DNA of 64,000 nucleotides from Tubulanus polymorphus (lineage: Eukaryota > Animalia > Nemertea): positions 3,805,950-3,869,949 of the forward strand of contig NC_134026.1 of the NCBI RefSeq assembly GCF_964204645.1, in the 5' to 3' direction. How positions within the stretch are numbered: the stretch's first letter is position 1; every line of letters starts with the position of its first letter. Both the position numbers and the translations under genes were made by a program. The notes beneath the pieces are model-generated. The model saw only the letters and a list, made by a program, of their open reading frames with translations. It did no database searches and was not told where the DNA came from. Shown here one piece after another: positions 50,191-64,000 of this stretch.

Positions 50191-53100
50191 CGTAGAAAAC
50201 CACTGACATGCGATCAGGAAGCTTTTGAGAGGAAAACGCCAGTTTTGGACGGTTTCCACGGTTTTCCTACCGATCTACCTGATCTTATGTAAAAAAGCTT
50301 TATTGCAGATTTGTAGCCATTCTTGATATAAGGGCAATTGGTATACAGCGTCGTTTGAATCGTGTTGACGTTGAGCTTTGTTCTGCAGAAGTGTTTTTCT
50401 GTGTCGTTTTTCTGAGTGTCACCTGTTCGCCGCTTATCCATGCACGTACAAGGTCCATTCCATAAAATCATAAACCCGCAACCGGGAATACAAATATAAA
50501 GCCACTTCTGTAGTTCTCTTCTGGATGTAATGACGATACCGAACGACGCGGGAAATGACAAGATTACCCGTCGGATCTATTAGAGCCCAAACCGCTACTT
50601 CTGAGTAGATATCTCAAACCCAACGTTAATGGCGGCGGAAATTCCTGTCTAAACGTAACAGAAAACGTTTTCGTTTTTTTTTAACAACCGAATGTATATA
50701 CGTTGAGTGCCTTTGAGAGTTACTTGTTCTCGCTGACATTGTCATTTAGAATAAGCGCGACTCCGTGATGTCCGGATTCGGTGAATAGCTATTTGGAGTT
50801 GTACCGACTTCAATCATTATCGCCTCGTCAAACTGCTGATGAAACGTTCTACAGTTTGATGGAGTCGGTTTCCGTGGCGTGTACTGAACTGAATTGAAAT
50901 CGGCTTCGTTTAATTCGCGCGGATCATAGGACGCGATACATCGAAGATAAAATTTCATCGTATGGCTACCATACATCCATCAAAACCGGGCCCCTGATTG
51001 ATCTGCATGTTAATTCATTTTTATCAAAGTTGATCTTTTCAGCGTAAAACAAGAATTATAACCGGAGAATAAACAGTACAGAGCAACTGTCTATTCTCGC
51101 GTGCTTTCAATTGCTACGGTAGATTTGCTAAAAGCTCATATAATATCAGCAATTTTCTTATTTTGCAAAGAATCGGTCTAGAATTACTCTTGACTTCTGT
51201 CAGTCCGCTTTATTCTACTAAAATCATTTTACCAACATATCCCACACCACATACTTCATGTCCACCGGAACAATCTAGACGCTAGCAATGATTAACTATC
51301 AACACACATCAAGATAGCGTAAGATTTTGATGGCGGATAAGTGATGAACGCGCTAATATTGCTGGTATAGAGTGTTGATGTAAACCCCGCGGCAGAATCG
51401 TCAGTTATTACTGACCACTGTACTAGTCATCAGTTTGCGCCGGTTCCTCTGCGGAAGAAAATATGCAATACATTGAAAATAATAGTGTCGAAATCCGATA
51501 TCGGACATCCCCTCAATACAATAAAGATTTCTTCTAAAATATCTCGCTTGAAAATTCATCAGGACGCCGCCAGTTATCGGGAGCGAACCTTTTAAAGCTG
51601 CTACTTACTCAACGAGATTCGTCGGTCGTTTGAAGCATGAATCCGTGTAGATATCAAAGACGCGCGCGGATCTTCAATATTTCATACATTCATGAACAAA
51701 AAGGAGAATAGCATTACAGATGGAAGCGCCAACGAGTAATCTTCTTAACAGGTTTGGGACGTACTCGAGCGAAAATCTCGCCGTGTTTTTTACGTTCACG
51801 CGGGAAACGACGCTATACGATATACTCCCGTCGCGCAGAGATTACAGTTCGCATATCGGAAATAGATTGCATAGGCAGTCTATAATTGAGCGACATGTTC
51901 CATCTTCAACAACCGGAAGTCAAGTTACGCTTCGCAAATGAAATCGCCCGATACTTCGCGAGACTATTTGATCTACGATTGAAAAGACTATGTCGCCGGC
52001 GACGCGTTTGTGCATTTATAGAAATTAATCACGGAATTGTTTTAGATATCCCTATACGTGCATCAATATAAAGTCACCATTAACAAACAAGAGGAAGTCG
52101 ACGAAACATTTCTTTAGAAATGTCTATACTTCAACAGACTTTGAAGACTGTTTATCTTCTGATGTCAATCGCGGCAATCAAAATATCTAGAAACATCGTT
52201 CCCCACTTAGATGTCACTTAATAGTATTTGTGTTTTGATGATGTAAACTTTGAATAAGTAAACTCTTTAGTTATATCACGTATACATCATGTATCGTGTT
52301 CTGTATCAAGACCATCAAATTTAGATCAATTAAGTAGATTCGATTTGATTAACGTTGTGTATAGAACGTACAATGAGCCGTCGCAATAAAAGGGTGTTTG
52401 TATCTCTATGCAGGACTCCCTATCATTTGATTAAGCCGGCACGACACTATTACATATCTCAGTGCTCTTAGAATATGTACATATATGTATATATGAATAT
52501 GTGAGACTCATTTAACGGAAGTTGTCATTTGTCCTTTCTATGACAACAAAGGAAATTGATGCTGCCGAGATTATCGTATATACCGCTATTTCTTTTTAGA
52601 TCTCTCAATTCGCTAAGTGCCTCACACTATAAGTAAAGATTAAGGAAGCGAAACTACTAGGCCTACACATTATTCTATTAACCATCATAAAGGAACTTAT
52701 ATGAAATTGGCATGTATAAACTTAAAAATGTTTCTAGGTAGCGGATTCAGTGCTTCGTCTGAAATGAGAAAACTAATGAATGCATTCGTTTGGAACTCCC
52801 CGATTGTTTATGGGCTTGTGGCTGTCAGCTTTCTGACTGTGGTTTAGTTATTGGATCTGATTTTTACGATTATCAAAAGCTTACGACCAAGAATTACTGG
52901 ATAAAAGATAAAGAATATGATTACCATTTTACCCGGCGAGATTACGTTACCAGCACAAAATGTCATCGACGTATTCACTGCGTTTATCCGGTATACGGTG
53001 ATTGTATCTGATCTTTGATACGATCTATGAATCGTCATAGCATCTAAATACCAAATCTGATATATTGTAATATTCAGTAGTTACTAATGATAAGCAGCAC

Positions 53101-56100
53101 AAAGAGTTTAGGTTAGCAGCAGGTTGATTAATATTCCGACTGCAATCAATCATTTGTCCTTCGTGGCCAGCGGGCTGGATATTTGCAGTGACTGCTTTAG
53201 AGTCAACACTTAGACCGTAATCAATTTTGTTACAACAAGGCCTGATGAATGTGCGAACTTTATTTAGTTTGCAGGAGCAAGAGAGGAAGTGGATTCGGGG
53301 CTGCATTATAGGGAACGATCTTATAAATACAGCACTCCATACAGTATAGTTTATGACGAAGATGCAGGCATCGCCGCACCAATAACAGCGTATCTGCATG
53401 TTTATTCTAACGTTTTGATATTTTAAACCCATCAGGTTCTTTAACTTGTTCCGATTGTGCACAATAAAAGATTAAAAAAATGAACATGTTATTAATGCAT
53501 ACTTTTTTTCAATTCTTATTTTTTTATTTCAGAATAATCATTCTAATTCATCACTTTAGCATTTTTTGTATGATTTTCGTCCCTTTCTGCGACCACTCCC
53601 TTGCACCGAAAATAACTACACCCGATGACAGCTATAGTTGAATAATATGCACGTATAAAAATACAAATCTACGACCGTCGCATGAAAATTGTATGTACTT
53701 AGTATCAAAATTGTACAGTACGTGGAATCGTTTGTTGGCGGCTATAATTTGAAATGCAACACGACTTATAAGTAATTTGCACAAGAAAAAAACTTTTCGC
53801 ATCATAAACATAGATGTATAATTTTACAGGTATGCCATTACTTCAAATGAAATTGGAATTGATTTTTTGTTCCGTCGAATAACCGATGGCCATGTATTTT
53901 GAATGTTGCACGAAGTGACATTTTGAAATCCCCTTGGCACTCGTCGATATACGTTTGATACAGAATTTACATGTAGATATTAATGAAAGTGATGAAAAAC
54001 ATAGATTGTCGATGGAAACAACGTTTCGGTTGTTCGTATATTCACTTTCAGCACTTCATTTGTATATACCACCATTGTACCGGTGGCTTTAATCACCGCG
54101 ACGATATCGACAACAAGACTTTCGTTGAAATGCATCTAAAACGATCGAAATCGAATCACGAAAATAGATAGTAACGCTTTTGAATTTCATATGATTTCGA
54201 AGTGTTTAAAAATCCTGCGAACTAAATGCGTTGTATTATAATACAGATTGGGAGCGCAGGTTTTACTTGCGAAATGTATCTCGATGTATCATAATCATAG
54301 GAACTACAATAATAGCGGGTGCTTTAGGCATCAATTAATATCTTTGTTTGTAACATAAAAAAACAATAAGGCATCAAGACAGTGCAGGAAATCGATGCTA
54401 CAAGGAGAAAGTTTATTAAGTATTATACTTTTTTCCTGGCTAGATAGGTTCTTAATATCATGTAGCTGCTTATTACACTGATACATTTTCGTTTGAGTAT
54501 AGCTTTTAAGACTTCAATTTTTCCCGAGTTACTATCTAAACAATTCAAAACGATTTAATCTTCTTAAATTCGAATAAAAGCAGGGAAAATCAATGCGGCT
54601 GATCATCGATGGCATTTTAATGGCAGACAGTATAATTTCACAGGTTTAACGCAGACGACAAATTTGTGGAGGTAATAAAAAATCGATCAAAGGGAAATTA
54701 CTCAAGCGAAAATGATAACAAATTTTACTGTTCTATTCTCATAGATTCTCGGAGTATTCAATTAATCATCTTAGCCATTCTACAATTTTGGGCTTATTTC
54801 GGATTGTTTAGTTTGTTGATAAGTGGCCGGAAGTGATAAAACAACAGAACGCCACAGTATCGGATCAACAAACAAATACAAAATCCAATACGACTTTATT
54901 GATCCGAGTGCTGAACAAATTTTTAGCGGGTTGTCGGGCCTTTTAATCGAGGGGGATTAACCATTGTATATTCATTATTTTGCACGAAAAATACCACTTT
55001 TTGTATATATATCCACCATAATTGAGGCCACTTAGGATTTTTAGGGTAGACATTTTTAGAGACCTTCAAATTTAGGTGGTCAAGACCCCTTGGACCCCTA
55101 GGTCCAAGCTACAGTGACCGTGCTCAACCGCGGGTGTTTCGCTATTTTTGTACTATCGTTCCGATTGACTGACATTCGGTTTCACTTAATTCGCAAATAG
55201 TCGACTAACTCCGATAACCGAAGTTCGCTTTGTTGGTTGAAGTTTCTTATTCAAAGGTGTGTGCAAAATCATTTGACAAAGTGGAAATTGATGAGATGAC
55301 GGTTTACTGAGAGTATGTTGACGATTATGTTACAGATACCGTAATTATGAACTATTAGTTCTTTGCAACAATATGTATATATATTGATAGATAGCTCCTG
55401 TGTACCACGTTGACTCTTTGTTGTATCCAGCTGTGCTACTTTGGGCTCATCGTCCGATGTCGATTTTATTGTTTGAAGTGATTTTAGCGGCGACGATCAA
55501 TCATTTTATTTCTACTCAGATTTAGCCAGCTGATGTGTCGTAAAAGTCGCACGCAACTATTCAACGCTGCCACTTCAAGCGTCGTCAATTTTTACGACGC
55601 GTATTCGATTAACCGATGCTAACGAATCCGCGACGTTGCATTTTCTCATTTGTCCCTATCCGTGCTTCCGCAAACGGATCCCGACTGTCAGCGATCAACA
55701 GAATGAAACGGTGATTAGCGAAATGTCACTCCTGCCAAATATCATGACCCAATAAAAAAACTAACTAAGAGAAATAATGGGCATGAATATAGAAATAAAC
55801 CTAATGATTGTTTTTAAGGAGAAATTCTTCGTCTTTTAATGATACATTTATGAACTTCTTTGGAATACGTTTACATATGTTGTATTTTACGTTACTTGAT
55901 ATATATGCTTTTAACTATCTTATTCCTCAAATTTATGTAATTTCACGAGTAACAAATAGAATAACGTCACGCCGTACTGCTCGATATCATCGTTCGGTTT
56001 TCATCTGACGTTAATCAAAAATGGTCGCACAGACGACGGAGATTTGAAAATAAACCAGCAGGAAATGGATAAGACGTCCACTGAATTCTTTAAATGTCGG

Positions 56101-59100
56101 TATATCATAAAAAAATCTTGCTCTCATACATACTTGCAAGTAAGATCAATAATAACCGCAGGGACTATATGATTTAACACGTGTGTATCTGCAGCATTTT
56201 ACTGCTAATTACCGTCGTAAAATGCTTTTTATCAGTTGTTGCAGCACCGCTAAGTTTGGTCTGACCATTCCCTGCGATTGTGTTTCATTACCCCGCAAAC
56301 TTTTTGTTGTGTATTTTCGGCGCGTCATCAACGCGTTAAGCAATCCTGGGGGAACCACAAAACAACACATCGTATGAGCGAAAAACAGCTTTTCCGTAGA
56401 CAGTAAACCATCGATATCCTAAATATGGGTCCATATAACAGTTGAAAAGACAGCTGAAATCTGCCGGCAATGCTCAGTGTACCGATTAACAATAGTTCGT
56501 CGTTAAACGAGTAATTCAAGAATTGTCGCATTTTCATATTTGAGAAATGTCCCAGATGTATAATTGACAAGTCGTGTCTTTGACATATTCAATTCGCAAG
56601 AACATGATTGCTTTCCCGTATCCAGCTCCCGAACGCATTTCAAAATATAATCTCATTTACTCTGATTTACAATATTTCACATCTCAACGCTTTTTCTATT
56701 ACGCAAATGCATCTTTAGTCTTATTGAAATTGTCGCCTCGTACAGTTTTATAGCTGTAAAATGTAATTGTTATTACTATAAAATCATGCTTGAAATTTTC
56801 GACAGTTTTTCATTTCAATTTCGTGAGTAGACCTAAGTGCGAGTATTCTTACAGAAAAATTGAATGCAAAACCGTAGAAAATAAGCCGAGACAAAACGGC
56901 AAAAGGTCATCCTCATCATTCGTAAAATGAAATATTATTTTTTGTCGTGGACGGAGAATCTAGTTATCATAGGGTCGTCAAGAATCCGTTCTACCTCGTC
57001 ACCTGACCGTCGCAAAATTCGATCCATTTGATTCAGTTGGTCGAATACAATTTTCTCCATCCTAATAAATCTAATGGACTCAGTTGGCAACTCCCGCGCG
57101 CACAACGCCGACCATTACGAATTGGTTGTCGTCGCAAGTGATGTTCTATCTATACCAAACGAGACGGCATACGACGACAATAACACCGAGAATAATTATA
57201 CATACTCCAACTCATTAAATCGGTTGTAGGCGTATAAATAAAGATAATGATTTTCTAAGGAGTCCTTTCCCTCCAGCAGTGAGTATAATCCGCTGTCAAT
57301 GGCCAATGATTTCGCATGTATCGGATTGCGGTCTCGTTCGTCGGACGCATTCCGACGAGAAAAATGATGATACGCTTTCCTTTGTTTCTGTAGATAATTT
57401 CATCTGCATTCTGAAGGAATTTGCTGATGTCGGAATCGTATTTCCTTCAGTACACGGTCCTCGGTGGACGTAATAAAGCTACAGCTATCAGAAGAATCTA
57501 TACGTTGTTTGAATTTCGGATTTAATTGTTTAACTTAGCTTTCTAGACGACGAATCGAATTCAATTAATTTCCCAGGTTACCAGACCCTCAGCTTGTTTA
57601 GCTAATGCAAAGGAAAATGACCCATTTACTGCCCGTGATCCGGCGCCATTTCGACGAATTTCCATCCGTCTGCGTTGCAAAAATCGATTCGCGTTCTTTT
57701 TACGAAATTCAATCTAATCTCAGGTAGAATCGTTACAGATCGATTCTAAGTCATTTTCCTTGGTGTTTCAAAGAGGATTAAGATTTTTAAGATTTCAGCA
57801 TACTGTATTAACGCTGCTCGTGTATGAGAATTGACGATATGCACACCGCTAGTAGCACTTGACGCACTTCCAACGTACAGCGCCCTTCATTATGACTACA
57901 ACGGAGATAATTAGTTTTTGACGAAAGCCATGTAGCGAATATTTCTACAACACTTCTTTGTTATGTGCCCTGGATCTGTAACGACATAGCTTAGGCGAAT
58001 GTCATCAATGTTTTTCCGATAGATATTCATTTTTCGTAGGAATGTTCATAAAGGAATAGAATTATGAAACCGGTTAACCTGCTACTTGACTAAAAAAGCT
58101 AATCTTTCATTTCAAAAGGTTTACCATTAGTCACCGAACAAGATATTGCTATTCGGATCTTGTAATCTCAATGGGAGTTTGGTTTTCTCCATTACCACTG
58201 TGTAGAATTCGAGGAAGTTGTTGGATGTGGCGATGTCGACCAAGTTACTTCGATATCAAGAACGGGGGATTGCTGTGTCTAAACTGTGTCTAAAATCCAT
58301 GGTAATAGACGAACGATATTCTTGTTAAATGACTGGAAGCGATAACACGGAAACGGACTGCTGAAAGATCTGTTACATCGATCGTATACATATAAATGTT
58401 TTCATACAGGCATGTTTTCATATATAAGGTACGGGTCTGAAAAGAACAAAATTCCCCATTATCCATGCCCAAAAGATACCAATATGTATACAGCAGAGGT
58501 GCTAAAATAAAGACGTCGAAAGAGTGTTCAAAGTTTTCCCAATACCATACCAAGTATTGTTGATGAGGTAGTATACGACAGTCCGACTCGGGGCAAAAAT
58601 AAATTTTAATTTCTTATTTTCATGAGTAGGTTTATGATGCTAAAGAAAAGGATGTCTGTACTTTTTTCACCGTAGCCCGAGTCAGCCAGTATGATATCTC
58701 GTTGCGTGGGAACAGCTTCTGTCATCAGAGAGTTTTTGTTCATGCTTTGGTAACATGAATTTCAGAACTTCCAACAGCAGAGACTCGGTCGATCAAACCA
58801 CGCTGAATATACCCAAAGTAAACTGCGTTAATGATAACGGGATTGCTGGTTTTTCATTGACAGTTGAACAAGAAAGAGGAAACCTTCTTTGATGACCGCA
58901 TCCCCCGTAGTCATGTCGTGATTGGCCATCAAATCAACGCCGCAATCGTAGTCTTTTATCGTATACGAAACTGCGCGCAAAAGTGAAACTGATTTCGCGA
59001 AAAGACGATCGAATAGTGAAAAAGAATTTATCGGTGAATTTCTGGTCGACTGGACATGGGAATTCGCTTTGCGTTCGTCTGCTGAGATACAAAAAAAATT

Positions 59101-61003
59101 ACCGCGGAAAAGCGATATTCATAAACCACTGCTGGAACCGAAAGCCAAATATGTCTATATTTACTCATGTCGAAATATATCAGAAAATAATCAAGTAACA
59201 GTCTGACCCGGCTGATGAACTTTGACTTATTAAATTGCCTGACAGATCGTTGGGTACAGCGTCAAATGATTGATCTAAATTGTATCGTGTTCGATATCGA
59301 AACCAAGGAACTACGAGATGGATAACCTCACCGTGACTTCTTTTATCTTTTGCTTTCGTATCATTGCATTTAACGTGGCTGTTTTAACGAATTTTACGTT
59401 TATTATAAAAGAATGAAAATTGCGGAGTTGGAGAATATACCACGTCGCTTGTGGGCGAGAGATGCTAAGATTTCAATAAAACTGCATGTAACGCGCTTTG
59501 ATTAAAATCGATTATCATTTATCAATATCTTCCGCCCGAATGTTTCAACTATTATCATCGTTATTAATACAACCGAAAAACCGATGTACTATCCGTACGC
59601 TTAGTGCGCACACGGAGTGTCAGTATGGATTGATTACTGCCTAATAAGCTTGTTATCATTAATTCTTAAAGCATGGGTGCCCGCGTAAGGTTGTTGAAAT
59701 TATCAAGACAGCACTATTTCAAGGTTAGCAATTTCAGGTGGACCGACGGACTGAATTTCTTCACAACACACTAGTAGTTATCACGTGACATCACTGCGCG
59801 TCATTTTTGCCGCAAGTACAGACGGCTGACTGAATTAGTAAAAAGTCATAGTCGATTGTCATTTTCCAATGTGATTGATGCATGTGAACAAGCGTGACGT
59901 TGATGAAGAATCTCCGAGTTTTATCAAATTATTGCAAATATCTTTCATTTCTTGTTGCAATTTTTCATGTGAAATAGCAAAAAGATAAATGCGTAACAGG
60001 AACAAAACGCTTGCGCCAGACAAAATGGATATTTACAGAAAAACGCAAGTGGCACTTTTCTTCCTGAATAAGTTTGACACAACTGTATGGTTTACGAATA
60101 TTTCTATTGTCTTCGTCAGTTTTTTTCTGATCATCTAAAATGCATCTAAGTTGCCGAATATAACATATCATTTAGTGCACTAAGAACGATAAGGGTCACT
60201 CAACTGCGAGCGTAGGCAGAATCTTTCCAACATAGATGGAAAAGCTTTGCGTTGTTTTCGGTTGAATCAATTAAGGATTGCTGGAAGGCCCGCTACAAAT
60301 GGAGTAGTTCCCTCCATTAACGTATGAATGTTGATTTTCTACGGCGGTCGACAAAAAGACGCTCCTTTCAAAGACGATCGAATTATTTAATTCTGCTATA
60401 TATGGTGTGATAGGTACGTGTGTAAAGCGACCAGCCGTGATACGTAGCTGGAAAACAAATCGCTCAGTGCTGTTGTCACATTAGCGTTTCGCGATCCGCC
60501 TGATTTTGATTGGCGTCGTCGCAATAATGTAATAATATAATGTAAATAATGTAAAAACCTATCGTTACGTTAAACCATTATATATATAATGCGGAAAAAT
60601 CGATCGATAATAAATAATTACGGTGTTTGCCACCTGCGGCACTCAACACCGTGAGAAAAAATGATAAACGGATAAAACGAGGTATACGATTGAAGAACCA
60701 CCATACACGCCTGGGTCAAATACGATAAAACTTCGGTATGTAGGGAATATCATGACCGGTAATTGTGACAAAGAAACCGACGAACAGAAATCAATGTCGA
60801 ATTGATTAGTACGTATCAAGCTCGACGGAATGAAGCGAAGAAAACTATAATGAGCTATACGTTCAAACAGTTGCACTAGAGAACCCCAGACTTCCCTAAT
60901 GAACTCGGAGAGACCATTTGCGAGGGCAATTCCAATATTTCATCAAATCGATGATCATTTTAAAATGATACGGAGCGAATCTCAGGACATTTCAATTTAA
61001 TCC

Positions 61004-61055
61004 TGGCAATCAAATTTTTTCTACATACATAATAATAGAAAAGATTTGATTGCCA
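61004..61055. other. Near-perfect 20-bp hairpin with 12-nt loop
   Basis: 61004-61023 pairs with tagaaaagatttgattgcca (61036-61055): 19 Watson-Crick pairs plus one U-G on the + strand. Confidence 0.7.
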
Positions 61056-64000
61056 ATTTTAGTGTCGAGAGGTATTTTTCAATAAGCAGAAAAGTGCTTC
61101 TTCGGTGTCAATCTACAATGTATCGAATCGACGATGTTCAGCTATTAGCCGTTAATTGAAACAATCTATGAAACTTATAAACGCTGTCAAGAAGCAGCTT
61201 GCAGACGATACGGCATCTATTCTAGCATTCGGGTAGATGTCAAGTGATATTGCGTGTGTATGTAAATTCTAATAAAATGCGTAGTTGTCGAAGCGAGCTG
61301 GCGCGCGCGTATCCGTATCAAATTACTTGTGCCTTATTGAAATTCCTTCAATTATCTAACCAATTTATTCGCTATACTCAAAGTGGAAATGGTCGATAAA
61401 CACCCAATTCTGGCGCGCACCGATTCCCGTATTAAACCATCACCATAAACCAATGAAGATCTAGATGTCAAATTTCCGCTGATTTATTAAGTGGAAATAG
61501 ACATTTCTGTAAGACAAGATGGTCTCAATGATAAACGTTGGACCACCATAACGCTTGACGACAATGATATTGGCGTCATTGTCCGCAGTATGACAAATTA
61601 CCAATAAACATACATTCGCTGAGCAAACGACCTTTTTTTATTTTCCTCCAACAGACACTCCTCGAACACAGAACGCATAGGCCTACGTTTGTCATTCCAG
61701 GCAGCATTGAACATAAGCTGATTCGTGGCGAATATTTCGATTGCTCAGCGAACACAACCGAACCTCGTTTTTCCAAAAAAAAACAAAAACAAAAACGTAT
61801 GCTAACAATCATGAAGTTCGCATAACTCGGCTGATGCTGTTAAGTCACCACGTGGTCACAGCGTAGTCGCCGATTGGCTACGGATGTTTCGTTTGCCGTT
61901 GGTTAGAAAATAAACGAGTGCGCATTTATATCCCGTCTTTGAGAATTTCCACTAAGTGGTTAAAAACGCTAAAATATTAACGGGGACCGAATTAAAGAAG
62001 ACGATCTTCTGATCTCACGTTGTCCGAAATACTTAGTGAGAACTATTCCCAATTGAAAATCCGTGTCTCCTATCGTTATGATCGATATAAAAAAAATGTC
62101 TGCAACATGGCCGTGGTATTTACGTATTCAGAAACACGATAACGGCATAAGAGCACTCGCGAAAATAAGTTATCGCATCGAAACGTTTCTTCTTCGTATC
62201 TTCTAAATCTGAGATCGACACGTGAACTAAACGTCCGAATCATTCGAGCGAACGCGGTGCAACGGTAATTAAAAAAAAAGAGATGAAAAGGCTGGATATA
62301 CAGCGGCCCGCTCAAGAAGTTAAATGTTATTTGATCAAAGCATATCTCATTATAGCAGTGTCGAATTTCACAAGGTGGCGTCGTCTTAGATTTGCTTCAC
62401 GATGCGCGTTTAATGTGATTTTCGTCGCGTTTGAACCGTGCTGATAAACTCAAAACCGATTTATATCGCTCAGAAGACGGGCTTTCTGGACCTTTAGCCA
62501 GTCGTCTATTCTTTCATTAACCGCATATACAAAAAAAACCACTAAAACCAACAGAAACCAATTTAGCCTAAAGGGCAGCTCCGGCGATAACGTGATGAAT
62601 GATGTAATCGTTCAAATATTTACTCGAAACGCTATTTTTTTGTTTCGAATTCATAGTTTCTAAATCATTCTCTAATTTGTTTTGGAACAGATGTTTACGT
62701 TGTAATTCTGTCCAACACATGACGCACATCAGTTTTACCTCCTTAAATCGTTTTTGCGAACAATTTTTTAATCTTGTCGATTTATTTCTGAACATCAGAT
62801 GCTTTCTAAGCTGGGATTTGTTGTAGAAAAGTACCCTCAGTACAATATTTACGTCGTCTTTTTAACAGTCTTTTAAACGCATATTTTTAATCCGCGAGTT
62901 AACATTTTTTCCGTTTTTACGATGGAATTTCGACGTAAAGGCGTAGTCCATAAAAACGCAAACCCATTAGCTCACTATACACGCTGCAACGAGCAAAACA
63001 AAATCCCTGTCATGTCTATAAGCCATTATCTGAGTCAACTAAGATAAAGGCGAGTTATTCATTAATCCTCTTTTAAATTAATTTGAAAATAAAGGCATGG
63101 TTAGATTCTAAACTTTCCCGGTAACCGCATTCAGTCGGTTGAAAATCGCGATAGCGGAGCAACAATCGTGGCCACAGGTGCTACAGCAGGAGCGACCAGC
63201 AGCGGAATATATGGATTATTTGATCTGTTAATACAACGATCCGCACCTAACGCACATATTTAAGGCTGGATTATTATATACTTTTGTTTTATCAACGCAA
63301 ACAGTATTCTCCTCTCATTCCATTACAAATTGAAGGTGCTGTCTAATTTTTGGAAGGGCCCGTGCACGGCACGCCAGCGACTACATTATTCAGAGGCGGT
63401 AATTCAGAGCACGGAGTGTCGCATCAACATAACGTGTTATTCTTGACCAATAACGATAAAAGTCTAATATTATTCTCCCGCATGCTCCATCCCTTTTTCT
63501 TGCTATATCACACCATGCAACGGATTTTCTTAATGCTCCAATGACCTCATGATCCAATTTATTTTCCTAGTGACGATAATATCATATGCCATTTGCCGAT
63601 ATATTTTTTGCTTTAATATTCTTTTTTTTATATGCTATGGTAAAAATTCGTGACCCGAGCTGTCGTCAGCCCGTGAATAGAGCATAAAACACTAATTGGA
63701 TGAAAAACTACACCTTCCTATCTGGAATACGTCGTCTTCGCATGATTTCAGATATTCACCAAACACAGATTATGCTTCCGCGATAATCACGTTCAATTCA
63801 ACACCGAGCAGTCAGCACTTAAAAAGTAAGCGTGGAAACTAATTCAACGCGTTTACCTAAATAAAACAAACCCTATCAACATTTCTGAGGAGAGCTGATA
63901 GCCTTTTTACAGTTGGACGGAAACAAATGCCCTTCGAAATCAGCTTCCGGTCCGAAATTAACCGAATCACCTGGCAAAGACATCATCTTTAAGAAGGTCA

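Noticed and set aside
56948-56975. tggacggagaa, matching the 5' half of miR-184
   Set aside because: Only 11 nt match, the 3' half differs, and no precursor hairpin is evident.
41195-63544. Numerous 60-145 aa ORFs in the distal region
   Set aside because: No recognisable domains apart from the LINE finger and no linked exon structure; consistent with random ORFs.

Overview
AT-rich, intron-containing animal genomic DNA. The domain repertoire (ApeC, astacin, ShK, kringle and C-type lectin mosaics, PRXamide/NMU-type receptor) points to a marine invertebrate, plausibly a lophotrochozoan (inference). Most entries in the ORF track are exon fragments or noise, so I rebuilt gene models by hand from GT-AG sites and exon phases. 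(1) Minus strand, 8432-1944: a 16-coding-exon gene of about 867 aa with a p47phox/Tks-like PX-SH3-SH3 N-terminus, a Tyr/Pro-rich linker and an unexpected C-terminal SH2 domain. Its TGA-TGA stop is followed by about 118 more open codons spread over three further in-phase exons. (2) Plus strand, about 11756-36823: one giant secreted mosaic metalloprotease of very roughly 4,500 aa. It runs astacin (intact [12 protein letters not shown] and SIMQY), EGF, ApeC, CUB, kringle, ShK, CCP, CTL, ShK, CCP, an unnamed domain, then six cassettes of CCP, paired C-type lectin and kringle domains, with a recent 2.84-kb duplication and exon-limited gene conversion. (3) Minus strand, 40750-40101: the last exon of a neuromedin-U/PRXamide-type GPCR; its upstream exons were not found in the remaining 23 kb. 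Also present: a CpG-rich minisatellite, a LINE 3' remnant, a MITE-like element and a few hairpins. No rRNA, tRNA or CRISPR array was recognised.
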